DNA of 64,000 nt from the NCBI RefSeq assembly GCF_009914755.1, contig NC_060926.1; one strand, 5' to 3'. A program made the translations under genes and the position numbers. The notes beneath the pieces are model-generated. The model saw nothing but the letters and a program-made list of their open reading frames with translations, did not search any database and was not told the origin of the DNA. Below are positions 12,691 through 24,336 of the stretch, in pieces (position 1 is the first letter of the stretch; the number at the start of each line of letters is the position of its first letter). Source of the DNA: the human T2T-CHM13v2.0 reference genome, Homo sapiens.

Positions 12691-15174
12691 GTTAGAAAGT
12701 ATGAAAGCAACTCAGCCAAAGAAATTGTTCTAAGAAACCTATTTTAAAATCAATTCTGACACAAAATTCATAAGCAATAAACAAACTATAAACTTTTCAC
12801 AAGTACAATGAGTAAGTAATAGAGAGCAGACAATGGAAATAACCAAATAAGGAAAAGTACTGTGTAACAAACATATGCATTCCGTAAAAGAGGTAAATTA
12901 AATTCTGTCATAGTTTTCCTCTCCTTAAGAGATAATCCAAATGAAATTCAAAATCTATTTTATCAAAAATCAGACAGCACATATATTCAAATTCCCAGAG
13001 AAAAATTTAGACTTCAAATTGGATGGTAAGCCATAATGCTCTAGTTTATAATAATCACATTTATAAAGAACAATGTATTAAAATAATCAATTTTCTGGAT
13101 CACACACTATTAGGAATAACTCTCCTGGCCAGGGAATGGGTTAGTTAGGGGGAAGGCAGGAATGCCCTCCCTCTGTGTAGTATGAATGAGAGCACTATCT
13201 CCTAAGGAGAGAGCTTAATTCTCTGGAATTCAGCCCTACTATATAACAGATGTGGGGGTTCCTATGATGCAAATTGCCAGGGAGGATTTAGGCTGGACTA
13301 AGAAGACATTCATTATAGAAGAGTCAGATACAATACTTCTTCGGGGATTTGTGAGTAAGCAAATATGCAGAATTACCCGTGGTTGCTGCAATTTTGACCT
13401 TAGAAAAATCCACAGTGTGTGTTTCCTAGAAAACAGCCTGGCTTTTCAGAAATCAAAACAGAAATCTAGTGTAAAGATGTGTGCATTTGGTCATTCGTTA
13501 AATATACTTACTGATGACCTAAAAGGTTATTTGGAATAATTTCAATCAATCCTGAACCAAAATACAGAAGGATGTAAAGGAATAAATAGCTCAGGTTTGA
13601 GAAAGTATTTAATAACTAGAGCAAATGTTGTAAAACTTTAATTTTGAATTCTTTCTGATACAGGTTTATCATTCAATTTTTTTTTCCACATATCAGAAAA
13701 GATTCCAGTTGCTCATGCCTTAACAGTATTCTAAATTGAAATAAAATTTAAAAATCTGGGTTAATACTATTAACTGAACATAGAAATAAAATGAAATAAT
13801 TTCCAGATATTCATTCTTTAGCTTCATCATTCAATATATTATGTGCAAATACTCCCAATGTCTTTATTCACTAATAATACCAGATTTAAAAATCAAAAAT
13901 ACAAAATTTGTTTTTATGAGAAAATGTAACATGAAAAACTGCCTTCCATTCAACATAAAACCCTTTCATGAACTAAGAGTGAACTGCCCAAGAAGTTGAA
14001 TCAACTTGTTGTTTTAATAACAACTACACTTCATAGTAGTATCATATTGTTTACTTATAAAATCTGACAAAGCTAAAAGTTTGTATGAAACTCTGATTTG
14101 TCTTTACACATAGAACTTGACAAAGTAATTCATGAAAAAATGAATATATATTACCTAGTTTAAAGAACAGTTTACAACCATTTTTCTGAAGTAAGGGTTG
14201 ACTTGCAAGGTATAGTTATTTGAGAAAAGAGAGTTTATGGCTACACAACTCAGTATTATTTACTTTTGACTTCTGTATTAACTCTTTCATGAAAAAATAT
14301 GACTTAACCAAGTAATTATTATGAAGTAGCAACAGAGCCTTAGTGAGAAAAATCAGAGCTCCAGTATATATTGAAATGAAATATTCTTAGAAAAGAATAG
14401 AGCGATAGAGATGATGATGATGATTCTCATTTACACTGGATTTTTAAAGAAGGACTTCAACAAAGTGACTATGTGTCTTTTTTAACATCCAGGGAACAAA
14501 GCCAGAGATCTGAGAACAGTTAGTGCTATAAAAAAAGGTTAAAAAATCACCAATTCTGACAAATGTAAGTAGGTATTGGATTAAATAAAAGTAGCTTCTT
14601 TAATAGACAATGGTACACTGTTCTCTAAGCTATCTAATGAGACAAAGAATAAAAACGAGCCATTTTAGGAAATGACAGGGCTGAGTCGTATAGTGATCCT
14701 TCAGTTGTTGAAAAGATATAAAAATGTATTGGAAAAAACTAGTTCCTGCACTATATCAGGTTGGTAATATTTTTGAAATAAGCAATTCCATTTGTAAGTT
14801 CTATGATAGTTGATGGATACCAATAAAACCCAGTGTTTTAAGTCAGATAAAATCTCTTTCAAATATTATATCTCTAGCTCTCAGAAAGAAATGGCAAAAA
14901 TCATTTATTAACATGCTCATGCCAGACCCACTCTGATCTACTTATTTGTTCACATTTGGATTTTAGTTACCTTATGTTATCAGGCACTAAAAGAAACCAA
15001 GAAATGATAATATATTTATAGGCTTCAATCTTCAAAATAAAAATGTTAGATGACATATAACATATGAAAAAATAAAAGCATGATGCAATCCAGTAGATAT
15101 AGTAATAATTATAAACTTGGTAAAAAAACAGAAGTGAATAATTGCAATTGGAAAAAAATGTTAAAAAATATATA

Positions 15175-15870
15175 CTCACTCACTTCTTTAGCTAAAATTA
15201 AAAAGACTAACAACATCAAGTGTTGGTGAGGATGTAAAATTACTGGAACTGCCATACATTGCTGGTGGGAATGTGAAATATTACAGCCACTCTGGAGAAC
15301 AGTCTAACATATCAACATATGTGTACCAGCAACTCCATGCCCAGATATTTACTCAAGAGAAATTAAAACTTATGTTCACACAACAACTCAGCAGGCAAAT
15401 GCTTACAGCAGCTTCATTCATAATCACCAAAAACTGAAACAACTAAAAAAGTCACCAAATGCTAAATGAATAAATTGTGGTGTATCCATACCACAGAATA
15501 CTATTCAGCAACAGCAAGAAAAAATACAGTGACACATGCCACAGCATGAGTGAAATTCAAAAGTCTTATGCTAAGTGAAAGAAGCTAGACACAAAAGGGC
15601 ACATGCTGTGTGATTTCACTGACATGAAATTCTACAAAAGGCAGAACTATAGTGAAAGAAAGATCACTGGTTGCCAGGGTCAGTGAGTATACATAGGAAA
15701 TTGATGTCAAAGGAGATATGGGAGACATTTTCAGGCTGATGCAAACGTTTGATGACTGCACTGATAGTTATAGGGCTGTATACATTTTTCAAATCTCATT
15801 GAATTATGTATTCAATATTGGGAAATTTTATTGTATGTTAACAATATCTCAATAAAGCTTATTTTTTAAA
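15175..15870 (+). mobile_element. L1ME-type 3' end
   Basis: 'aagtgttggtgaggatgta...cattgctggtgggaatgtgaaa...atgctaagtgaaagaagctagacacaaaagg...ctcaataaagc'. Confidence 0.85.
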
Positions 15871-18852
15871 GTATACAAAAAACAGAAAGTTTATATATAG
15901 AATTTCTAATCGTTTCTGCTTTAAAAATAAGGTAACAAAACACTTAAGGAAACAAATGTGATTAACTTATTACAAGAGAAAAATATGAGGTAATAACAAA
16001 TCGCATAAGTATTAATAGAATCAATAAGTCTATGCAGTGTTATAACAAAGATACTGTTATTAAGAGTTGTAAGAAAAATAATGTCACAATGCTGTGTAAT
16101 GGAAAAAGCCGTTTTCGGCTTGGATCCCATTCATCAAGTTACTCTTGTTATTTCTGTATCACAGGAAGCAAATTATAAACATCATGACTGGATGGCAGAG
16201 AATTCTGATAGAGGCAGAAAAAAATAGATGGAGGACAGAACACTCAGGTAAGAGAAAAAGAGCTACACAGTGAAGAAGGAGAAATCATTAATCAGTTTAC
16301 AGCCTGTATTTTGGGGAGTCATTGAAAGAGGTACATATGTGTGGAAATTCATTAAAAGAAAAGTTACCTGAAATTAATTTTAATGAAATAAAATGGAAAG
16401 AGGAAAATTTTTTTAAATGTATGTTTTAAAAAATTACAATAAATGTTCTGAAAAATAAGAAGCAATATATTAGCCTAAGCCAGCAAGGAACAAGGGTAAT
16501 ATGGGACATGCAACCAGACTGATTAAGCTTGCCCACAAGCTTCTTACTGTATAAGAGACACCAGTTTTCAACTTTTATCCTTTTCCTTAAATTATTTATG
16601 CTTAAGCAAATATATGATAAAATGCATGCAGTACTCACCGAACCATGTGTGTGTTCAATTACTCTCAAGCAACTCTTTTGTTATCAAATGTAGATTACTA
16701 GACTACATAGACTACATTATGGCAAGGAGTAGGAAAATCAAAGAATTCTCTCTAAGCTTAAAAAACCAGTAACATGGGTCGAATATCACAGAGGTTGATG
16801 AGTAAGAAAAAAATTGAATTGATGAGGAAGACTTTATAATAAACAATATACATACACACGCACACACACACAAAGACATAAACACTTGTGCACCCATGTG
16901 TATGTGTGTGTATAGATGTGTAAAATGCACTGTTTCCTTAAATTAGGAAATTCTTTTTTAATTCTGAAAACAGTATATAAACCAAAAGGTGCAGCGCCAA
17001 TAATTTTATGAACTTCCTATATTGTTTAGTTTTTAATGTTTTATAATTTATTAAATGACTTGTTATAATAGACTCAGTATTAGTATATTTCATTGATAGT
17101 GTGTAGGAACTTACTCAATTCTCAAAAAATGATGTTAATATTGTTCATGTAAAGTTCAAAATACAAATTTGGTAAAACATTAACATTAAAATAAATGATT
17201 AGCTAATAGATCAGAAAAGACACACCGATTGAAAGGAATACAATTGAAGAAGCTCATAATGGCAAGTTGCGTTGGGATAGAAATGTATCTATATAGGACA
17301 AAGAAAAATACCCAATTTCTATACCTACCCAAATCAGAAATGATGAACTAATGATGGAAAATCCTTAAAAACAATTATTCTTAAGAAAACACGTTCCAAG
17401 ATCATCTGCTTTATGAAGTAATGGGAAATAAATGTTTTCATCATTCAAAAGGTATGCAAGACACATTTTACTCTTAAATAGGTAAAGCACATGTTTAAAT
17501 TATTTATTAGAATAAAACCTAGTTCCATCTAGATTATAAGGCAATAACTCAATTTTAATGATATGAAATTAATAGATAGCTTTTTCTGGAACTGAAGGAA
17601 TAGTAAATCCTTGCTACAAATGACTGAAATACAGAAACAAACAGCTTAATCTTTTTGGGTTGTAGAAATAAAACCCAAATTATGGCTGAATAACAGAAGT
17701 ATATTCTATAGAAATCTGTGCTCTGCACAGTGAAAAAACTTAATGGTGGACATGTAAGTAAAAAGGTTTAAGCTCTGACAAATAGCCAATGCCAAGAAAG
17801 CATTACTTAACTTTCAAAAGAATAATCATTAGCAGAATGAAACACTCTACTTCCAAAGAGAAAAACTCATGGCAAAGCCACCAAAGTAGCCTTCTAACCT
17901 AAACCATCCATCAGCCAGGAACCATGGACAACATAAAAATGTCGTATTTCATCAGCTCTGCATTCAAGTGCATGATGTTGATCCAGGCTGAGAATTAAGT
18001 GAAAAATGATTTGCACCAAAACCAAAATGTTTCTCATCCATCCTATTTTGGATTTGACAACTCATGGCTCTTTCCCAATTTTCCCAGCTTTTCACCTCTA
18101 CATCTAGGGTTCCTCCAAACAAGATATTTATAAAACCATAATCTACAGACTATAAGATAACCATCTGTTTTCTTTCCTTTACCAACAGCAGCAATATTCA
18201 TTCTCTTCTCTCTCACATTTCAGAATAGATGCTCTTCATATCAGACACCACTCATTTTTATAGTATTGTCCAAAGGGTTGACAGCATTGTTTTATAACTA
18301 CACCCACCTTTCTCCCTACTTTTTTATAGAATTTGGAAGGGAAAATAATAGGAAGAAAAATAGAAAATGCTTTGCTCCACAACTGCAAACTTAATTCCTA
18401 CACCTATGAATTCCCAACTTCTTCTGCTCACATACATTTGTTCTACCTCTACAATCATCAATCTTGCTAATGCAACAGCGAGCATACTCGGCCTTCTTCT
18501 AAAAGCAACAAGAAGATTGCCCTTTTTCAAAAATTATTCTGTACTGTTCTGTGGCCACAGTAGCACTTTTCACAGTTGGGATTATTCTCCACATTGTTGT
18601 ATCCAGTCAAAGCCACTCAAGAATTCCTATGGTCCCAGCAGCACTAAAAATACATAACAGCCTCCTTACAATAATGACTGTGAATCACAGCATTCCTCGG
18701 CTGACATAAGTAGTTAAAATAGTTGAAAAAAAAAAAAGTTAAATAAAACTTTTTTAAAAGTTCAAGTAAAAAAAAATGAAAAGGGGGTTGAAAAGGACTC
18801 CCCTACCGTCTAACAATATTAAAGTCTGTCTCAAATTTACAAACGTCCTCAG

Positions 18853-18960
18853 CAACATCAAATGCCGCAGCTTCAAACACAGGCGCCAGCTTCAAGCCCG
18901 ACAGCTTCAAATGCCGCAGCTTCAAACACGCGCGGCAGCTTCAAACGCGCCAGCTTCAAA
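18853..18960. repeat. CpG-rich short tandem array: 6 exact CAGCTTCAA cores plus 1 degenerate core, 49-bp higher-order period
   Basis: Cores start at 18868, 18887, 18902, 18917, 18936 and 18951 (spacing 19,15,15,19,15); degenerate CAACATCAA starts at 18853. Confidence 0.95.
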
Positions 18961-18970
18961 CAGCCTTGGG

Positions 18971-18982
18971 GCAGCCATCTTG
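18971..18982 (-). promoter_or_regulatory. YY1 consensus motif (CAAGATGGCTGC)
   Basis: Plus strand reads GCAGCCATCTTG, matching the YY1 AAGATGGCNGC consensus; it lies adjacent to the CpG-rich array. Confidence 0.5.
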
Positions 18983-19050
18983 CACACGCTCCAAGGAGCA
19001 CAACCTCAGGGCCCTTAGGCGGCCAACCCATCCCAGAGGCCACACAGAGG

Positions 19051-19130
19051 CTTTGTTGGGGAAAAAAATGGGAAGAAGGAAAAAAAAAAGAAGAACAAGA
19101 AATATAATTTGCAGACGTTAAATTAGCCCA
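19051..19130 (-). other. Candidate 3' splice acceptor (branch point + long polypyrimidine tract + AG)
   Basis: Minus strand: GCTAAT/TTTAAC branch candidates, then tttcttgttcttctttttttttttccttcttcccattttttt-ccccaacaaAG|C. There is no other AG for about 85 nt upstream. Confidence 0.5.
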
Positions 19131-22100
19131 TAGAGGGAGCTCATATAGCCCCATAATTTCACAGTAATTGGAATCTCCTGTAATTTAAAATGTAGCCCCA
19201 TCATTTGTTAGAGAGAGCTTCCAGAGGTCAAAGAGAGCATGTCTTACTTCATACCGATCTCTGCATGCCTATAAAATGCAATTCCATTTAGACCCCCTTG
19301 ACCGTGTGTTTTGTTATCGCAACAAAAAGATGATGATTCTTGGCTACATGTTCTCCAAAACCAGCCCAGAAATTAAAGTGACTCGTCTATGTGTGCTGTT
19401 AGGGTGAATCCAACTGAATAAAGACCATAATAAGAATAAAGTTCCAACAATTAGAATTGTCATGGCAATAACCTAAATGTCCCCCATTCACGGCGTTCGT
19501 TTTAGAAAGCTATGAGCTCTCTTTCAACCTTGACTAGAGATACTCTCGTGGCTATCCATTTCTCTCGCTGTCTAGAGTCCTTAAACCAGGGATGCTGCAT
19601 GTGCCTTCAGACAAAAGAATAAAACCGGAAAACGAAATGATATAATGGCAGAGAGCCTTTTCAATAAAACATGAGAGGAACAAAATTTTTAATTCTGTGG
19701 AAAGATTGAGGAGAAAGTACACTCAAAAATAAAAGAAACATCTAAATGTGCAGCTGAAAGTGGAGATCTATTGTCTGCTCTTGTGAAACAAATTTTGAAA
19801 GGAAACAATAGTTTATATTTATATAATTCTTAAATATTCAGAAAGTTTAAATTTATGTAAAAGTGAAATGGTTTTCTAAAAAACATTTAACCTTTAAAAT
19901 AACATTATTTCTATCTTAAACGCAAAGAATGAGGAGAAAGCTCAATATGTAGGGCTTAATCAAAAACTTAATATATGTGAATTTTATTCTTTTTGAGATA
20001 ATCTATTAGGTGCTAGGAAAAACATATCCATTTCAATTTAATGATTAAATGGTATGTTTATATCTTATTATTGTTTCTTTGTAATATACCTACTTGGTTT
20101 TGGAGCTATGATTACCTTTCCTTTGTGGAGACTCATTTGCCTGAAGGTGTGGGGCAGAGCTCAATTTAAAACCCACATTCATCACATCTGGGCAAGTTTC
20201 TATGTCAGGAATAAAAAGTATCTGAAAATTTTCAGAATTTGCCTCCCTACTCAGTAGAGAGTATTCCCTGCCTTATTTATTTCCTATCTTAAAAGTGCCT
20301 TTATTTTCAATGTGTTGATAGTTTCCTGATTGCCATCTCTCATTTCCAAATCAACCAGAAAAAATCAACAACACTGTAGATATGATTAATCAATAACAAT
20401 GCCATACAAGCTCAGATTCTCCTGCGCATTTAAAGCAAGATAATCTTGGGGAGGCTTTTCCTGCTTTGGCAAGTATCTGGGCCACCAGGAAATTCGTGTT
20501 GAACATGGTGGGTGACAGAAGATGCAAAGAAGAATGGTTAAGGTTTAAGGTCTCAAAACCATGTGAGCTGTTACAAATTGTGAAATCATTCACCAGTGAT
20601 GGCTTATACTTGCCATGGATCTATGAAGGCTTGTCAATTGTACATGTTCATGTTCATAAATGATATAAATGATGCCAGATGACTATCAAATACAAGCATC
20701 TATGTTCAAGTGTTTAGTGCTATGTATTATAGAAGACAATAATTGATAAGTTATCTGGAAGTCACTAATGATCATGAGCAGGAACAAAGAAAGTAATATT
20801 TGTTACACAGGATACGTCGATAGTTTCTGTTACTTGGCATTAAGAAAGTTAGCAATCAAGGGTCTTCTACTGAGAAGAAAAACAAATTATGAAAACATGA
20901 GTGTAGCCTCTGTTTCTCACTTCTTATATTAGAAGAAATTGCAGGTTACAATGTCTTACTCTACTATAAGCCTGAATATCACCTGACACACATTCCAAAA
21001 CTGAACAATATTTTATGAGAAATAGGACAAATGAAGCCTGTTGAAAGACAATAATCCTCCTCCTTCTCCACCCTTAAAATTAAGAAATACAGTAAAATTG
21101 TAAAAATGAGAAAAGGTAACACCTCTTTTATTTTAAGCTCTAACCAAGCTTGTTATCATGATGGTAGAAGATACACATCCTACAGGTGGCTATTGACCTT
21201 TCACCTTAATAGAATAAATAAGATGTTATTTCTCACACTTTTTAATAACAAAAATAGAAAATAAAGGTAAAACTCTATCTGGAATGGCTTCACACATAGA
21301 TGATTAGCTCGCTTTAAAGTTTAAACAAGAACTATTTTTGATAGCTCAGTTTCCTCACTTAAAATCTTTTAAGAATACAGCAGTTCCTATTACCTATAGC
21401 ATTTCTGAGCATTTTGAGATCCTGAGCCCACCTGATCATCAATATGATTATGATTATAGAAAATTACTCCACATGTAGATGAAAAGAAGATTACACTGAA
21501 TGTATCTCATTCTATAAAACTTATTTTTCATTAATCTTTGTGGTTCCTGCCATTTGTTTAGCCTTAAGTTCAAAACATCCATGTGATTCATGAGTTTTGG
21601 TTTGTTCATGTATACATAAAAGCATGCTCTGAGAAAGATTAAGAAAAATTACCACACGGTATTCCTGTAAGAATGTGGTAAGTCAGGTTCCCACATGCTA
21701 TCTGCTCAGAAGCCTAATTAGCTTCCTGATCACCCAATTTCTAGAATTGAGAAGGTAGGGTTCAAAATTTTTACAAAGAAACAGGAAATCAATGCAAAAA
21801 TAGCCTTAGTTATCTGTAAGTCTGACCAAAGAAGAGCATACCTTTCTCTAAAGCAAGAATCCAATGACGGAAGACATATGGAAATTAACATAAAGCCATT
21901 GGTTAGTTACTGGGAAACTTTTGACAGTTAACTTTCTGCAGGAATAACTTACCCACACTTAAATATATTTAGCTGGCACATCAAAAATATTTTCTATAAG
22001 TTGCTTATATTTGAGGACTTGTTAGTGGGCAGATAATGGTGGAAAAATGAACCACTAAAATGCATTAATATAGAGAACTTTTCTTACTCTACTGCAGGAG

Positions 22101-24336
22101 AAACCTGACAGAAGTCTGTACTGGATTTATTAATTAAATTATAGATAGTGGTAATATTTTCCACAATCACCAAGCTAAAAAACCTTGAGTATACCTTTAA
22201 CAAAAATATAAAGAAATTATATATTTAAGCCAAAGAGTGGGAGCCGGGGGATGCTTGAAGTAAAGGCATACTTTAATGGGAGGAGGTATAGTATGACTCT
22301 AATGTTAGGCCATTATTCCTCCTTCAGAATGTTACTGAACTTAGCCTCCTAAATCTGGTGTGGCTGCATAATCTATCATTTAAAACTGTACCTTTTGAGA
22401 GCATAAGTAATAGTAATAGTTAATCCCAGACAAAAGGTCTAAGGTACAGTGGTCTGTGCAAACCAGGCTCTATAGTTGCCCTATTTATAACAGGATGATT
22501 TGAAACAGCTGCTTTCCACAAGAAGCTGTTGCTAGCACTGGACATATTTTGAAAAAGTAGTTATTTGGGGGCTACTCTAAAAATAAGATCTGGTCCAATT
22601 TAATAGGCATATGTTATAACAAATTCTGAAGATAATAGGTTGAGGACTTGAGTTTGTTCAGACCTACAGGAGCTGCATGTGTATCTAAACATTTTTCACA
22701 TCTTCCAGCTCCACTGCATTAAATTGCAAAATATAAATAAGAAGTCAAACATTCAGGCATAGTATGTGACTTTATAACTTTTTACCCATAAAGTAAGAAA
22801 GGATTATACCGGCCCTATAAAAATGCTTCTTTTTGTGTGTGAGTTATCAATGAGAATATATATATATACACACACACATTAACCAACTGATAGGAGTGTA
22901 TTTTGTTCTAAGTTTTTTGTGAATTAAAACATGCTTTTTTGGCTTAACCATTTCAGAACATCTGTGAGATGCAACTACAAAATGGAAATTGCTTAACAAA
23001 CTATGAATTAAGAGAGCTACAATTTTGTTTCCCTTTGTCAAGGGAAAATAAAATAAATTTTCCATCAGTCACAATGAGAGCTAGAGGGACTGATTATTTA
23101 AAATACAGTAGCGCCTACATTTCTCCAAATATTCCCCAAGACATGGCATTTGTGCTGAGTGTTCAATAATTTCCTCAAGCTGTACACCTGAAAAATATAT
23201 GTCTCAAGTCTGGTGTTCATAATCTGGTAGACAACCACATGTGTTCACAGCCCATATCTTTGAGACAATTATTCTCTTGGGTATGCAAATATACTGGGTT
23301 TGCAACATGTTTATTCAAAAGAGTGGGCAAGAATGTTTCTTATGTGAGCATCTGCAGGTTTCCACTGGAAATCTGCATACAACAATACCTTTTCCCATGA
23401 AGTCATTTTTTTAAAAAGACAGTTACACATATTTTAAAGCTTTTCCAAGAGTTCAAGAAACTCAACTCAGTAATCATTTTTCATTAAGAAAACCAGATGA
23501 AAGAAACAAAATTAAAGATGCATGTTAGGACCTATTACCCGGTTTATTGTTTAAATCTTTGCATGATATAAGACACAGAATCCTAACATCTGTGTGTTTC
23601 TAACTCTCCAGCCTGTTCATCATACCCTAGCTACCTGCTATCCCACTGCTGATTCTAGGTTTAGCCTCACAACTATTCAGATATTTTCTCTTTTCATTAC
23701 CAACCTTCTCACTTCTTTGTGGGCATAAATTTAAAACAGTTTGAAATTTTTTAAAAAACTAAAAATATTTATCATAGTAAACATATTAATGTACATGTAT
23801 TGAAAATTGATACTTAAAGTACACAAAGAAGTGAATATATATTTGAAAGAATATTAAATGTTATATATACATATGTACAAACACTAAAGCTTATTGATTT
23901 GCCATAATAGATACATATGTAACTAAAATTATATATATAAACAACATTAAGCCCAATAAAGAATAAAAGAACCATTTGTCTTAAACATCCAGGAGATAAT
24001 TTTGACCATATTTTATTACCACATCAAAAATAAATTCAATAACTTCTCAACAACATACTTCATAAGGCCACATTTTCTTTTCCTAATACATTAAAAACAA
24101 AAAGATAGAAAAATTCTATTTCAAATTACAATGAATTATTTTATTTAAACCAAATCTACCAGTTATACAAATTAAAATACTAGATAAAATATTTGAAAAT
24201 TCCTTTAAAATATTTAAAGAGATTTAAATATTTAAATCTAATACGATTTCAGAGCTAACAACTGGTGAGAACTACAGGCACGAACTTGAGGGTAGGAAGA
24301 AGAAAACGTGAATATATAAATTGTATACATGAGCAC

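Noticed and set aside
18853-18960. CRISPR-like repeat/spacer appearance of the array
   Set aside because: Primate DNA; the repeats are 9-10 nt and the spacers 5-10 nt, far below CRISPR dimensions, and there are no cas genes.
18776-19154. Three overlapping 80-93 aa ORFs across the array
   Set aside because: They are a by-product of GC-rich repeats. Mixed 15/19-nt units shift the frame, the ORFs run through homopolymer tracts, and I recognise no homology.
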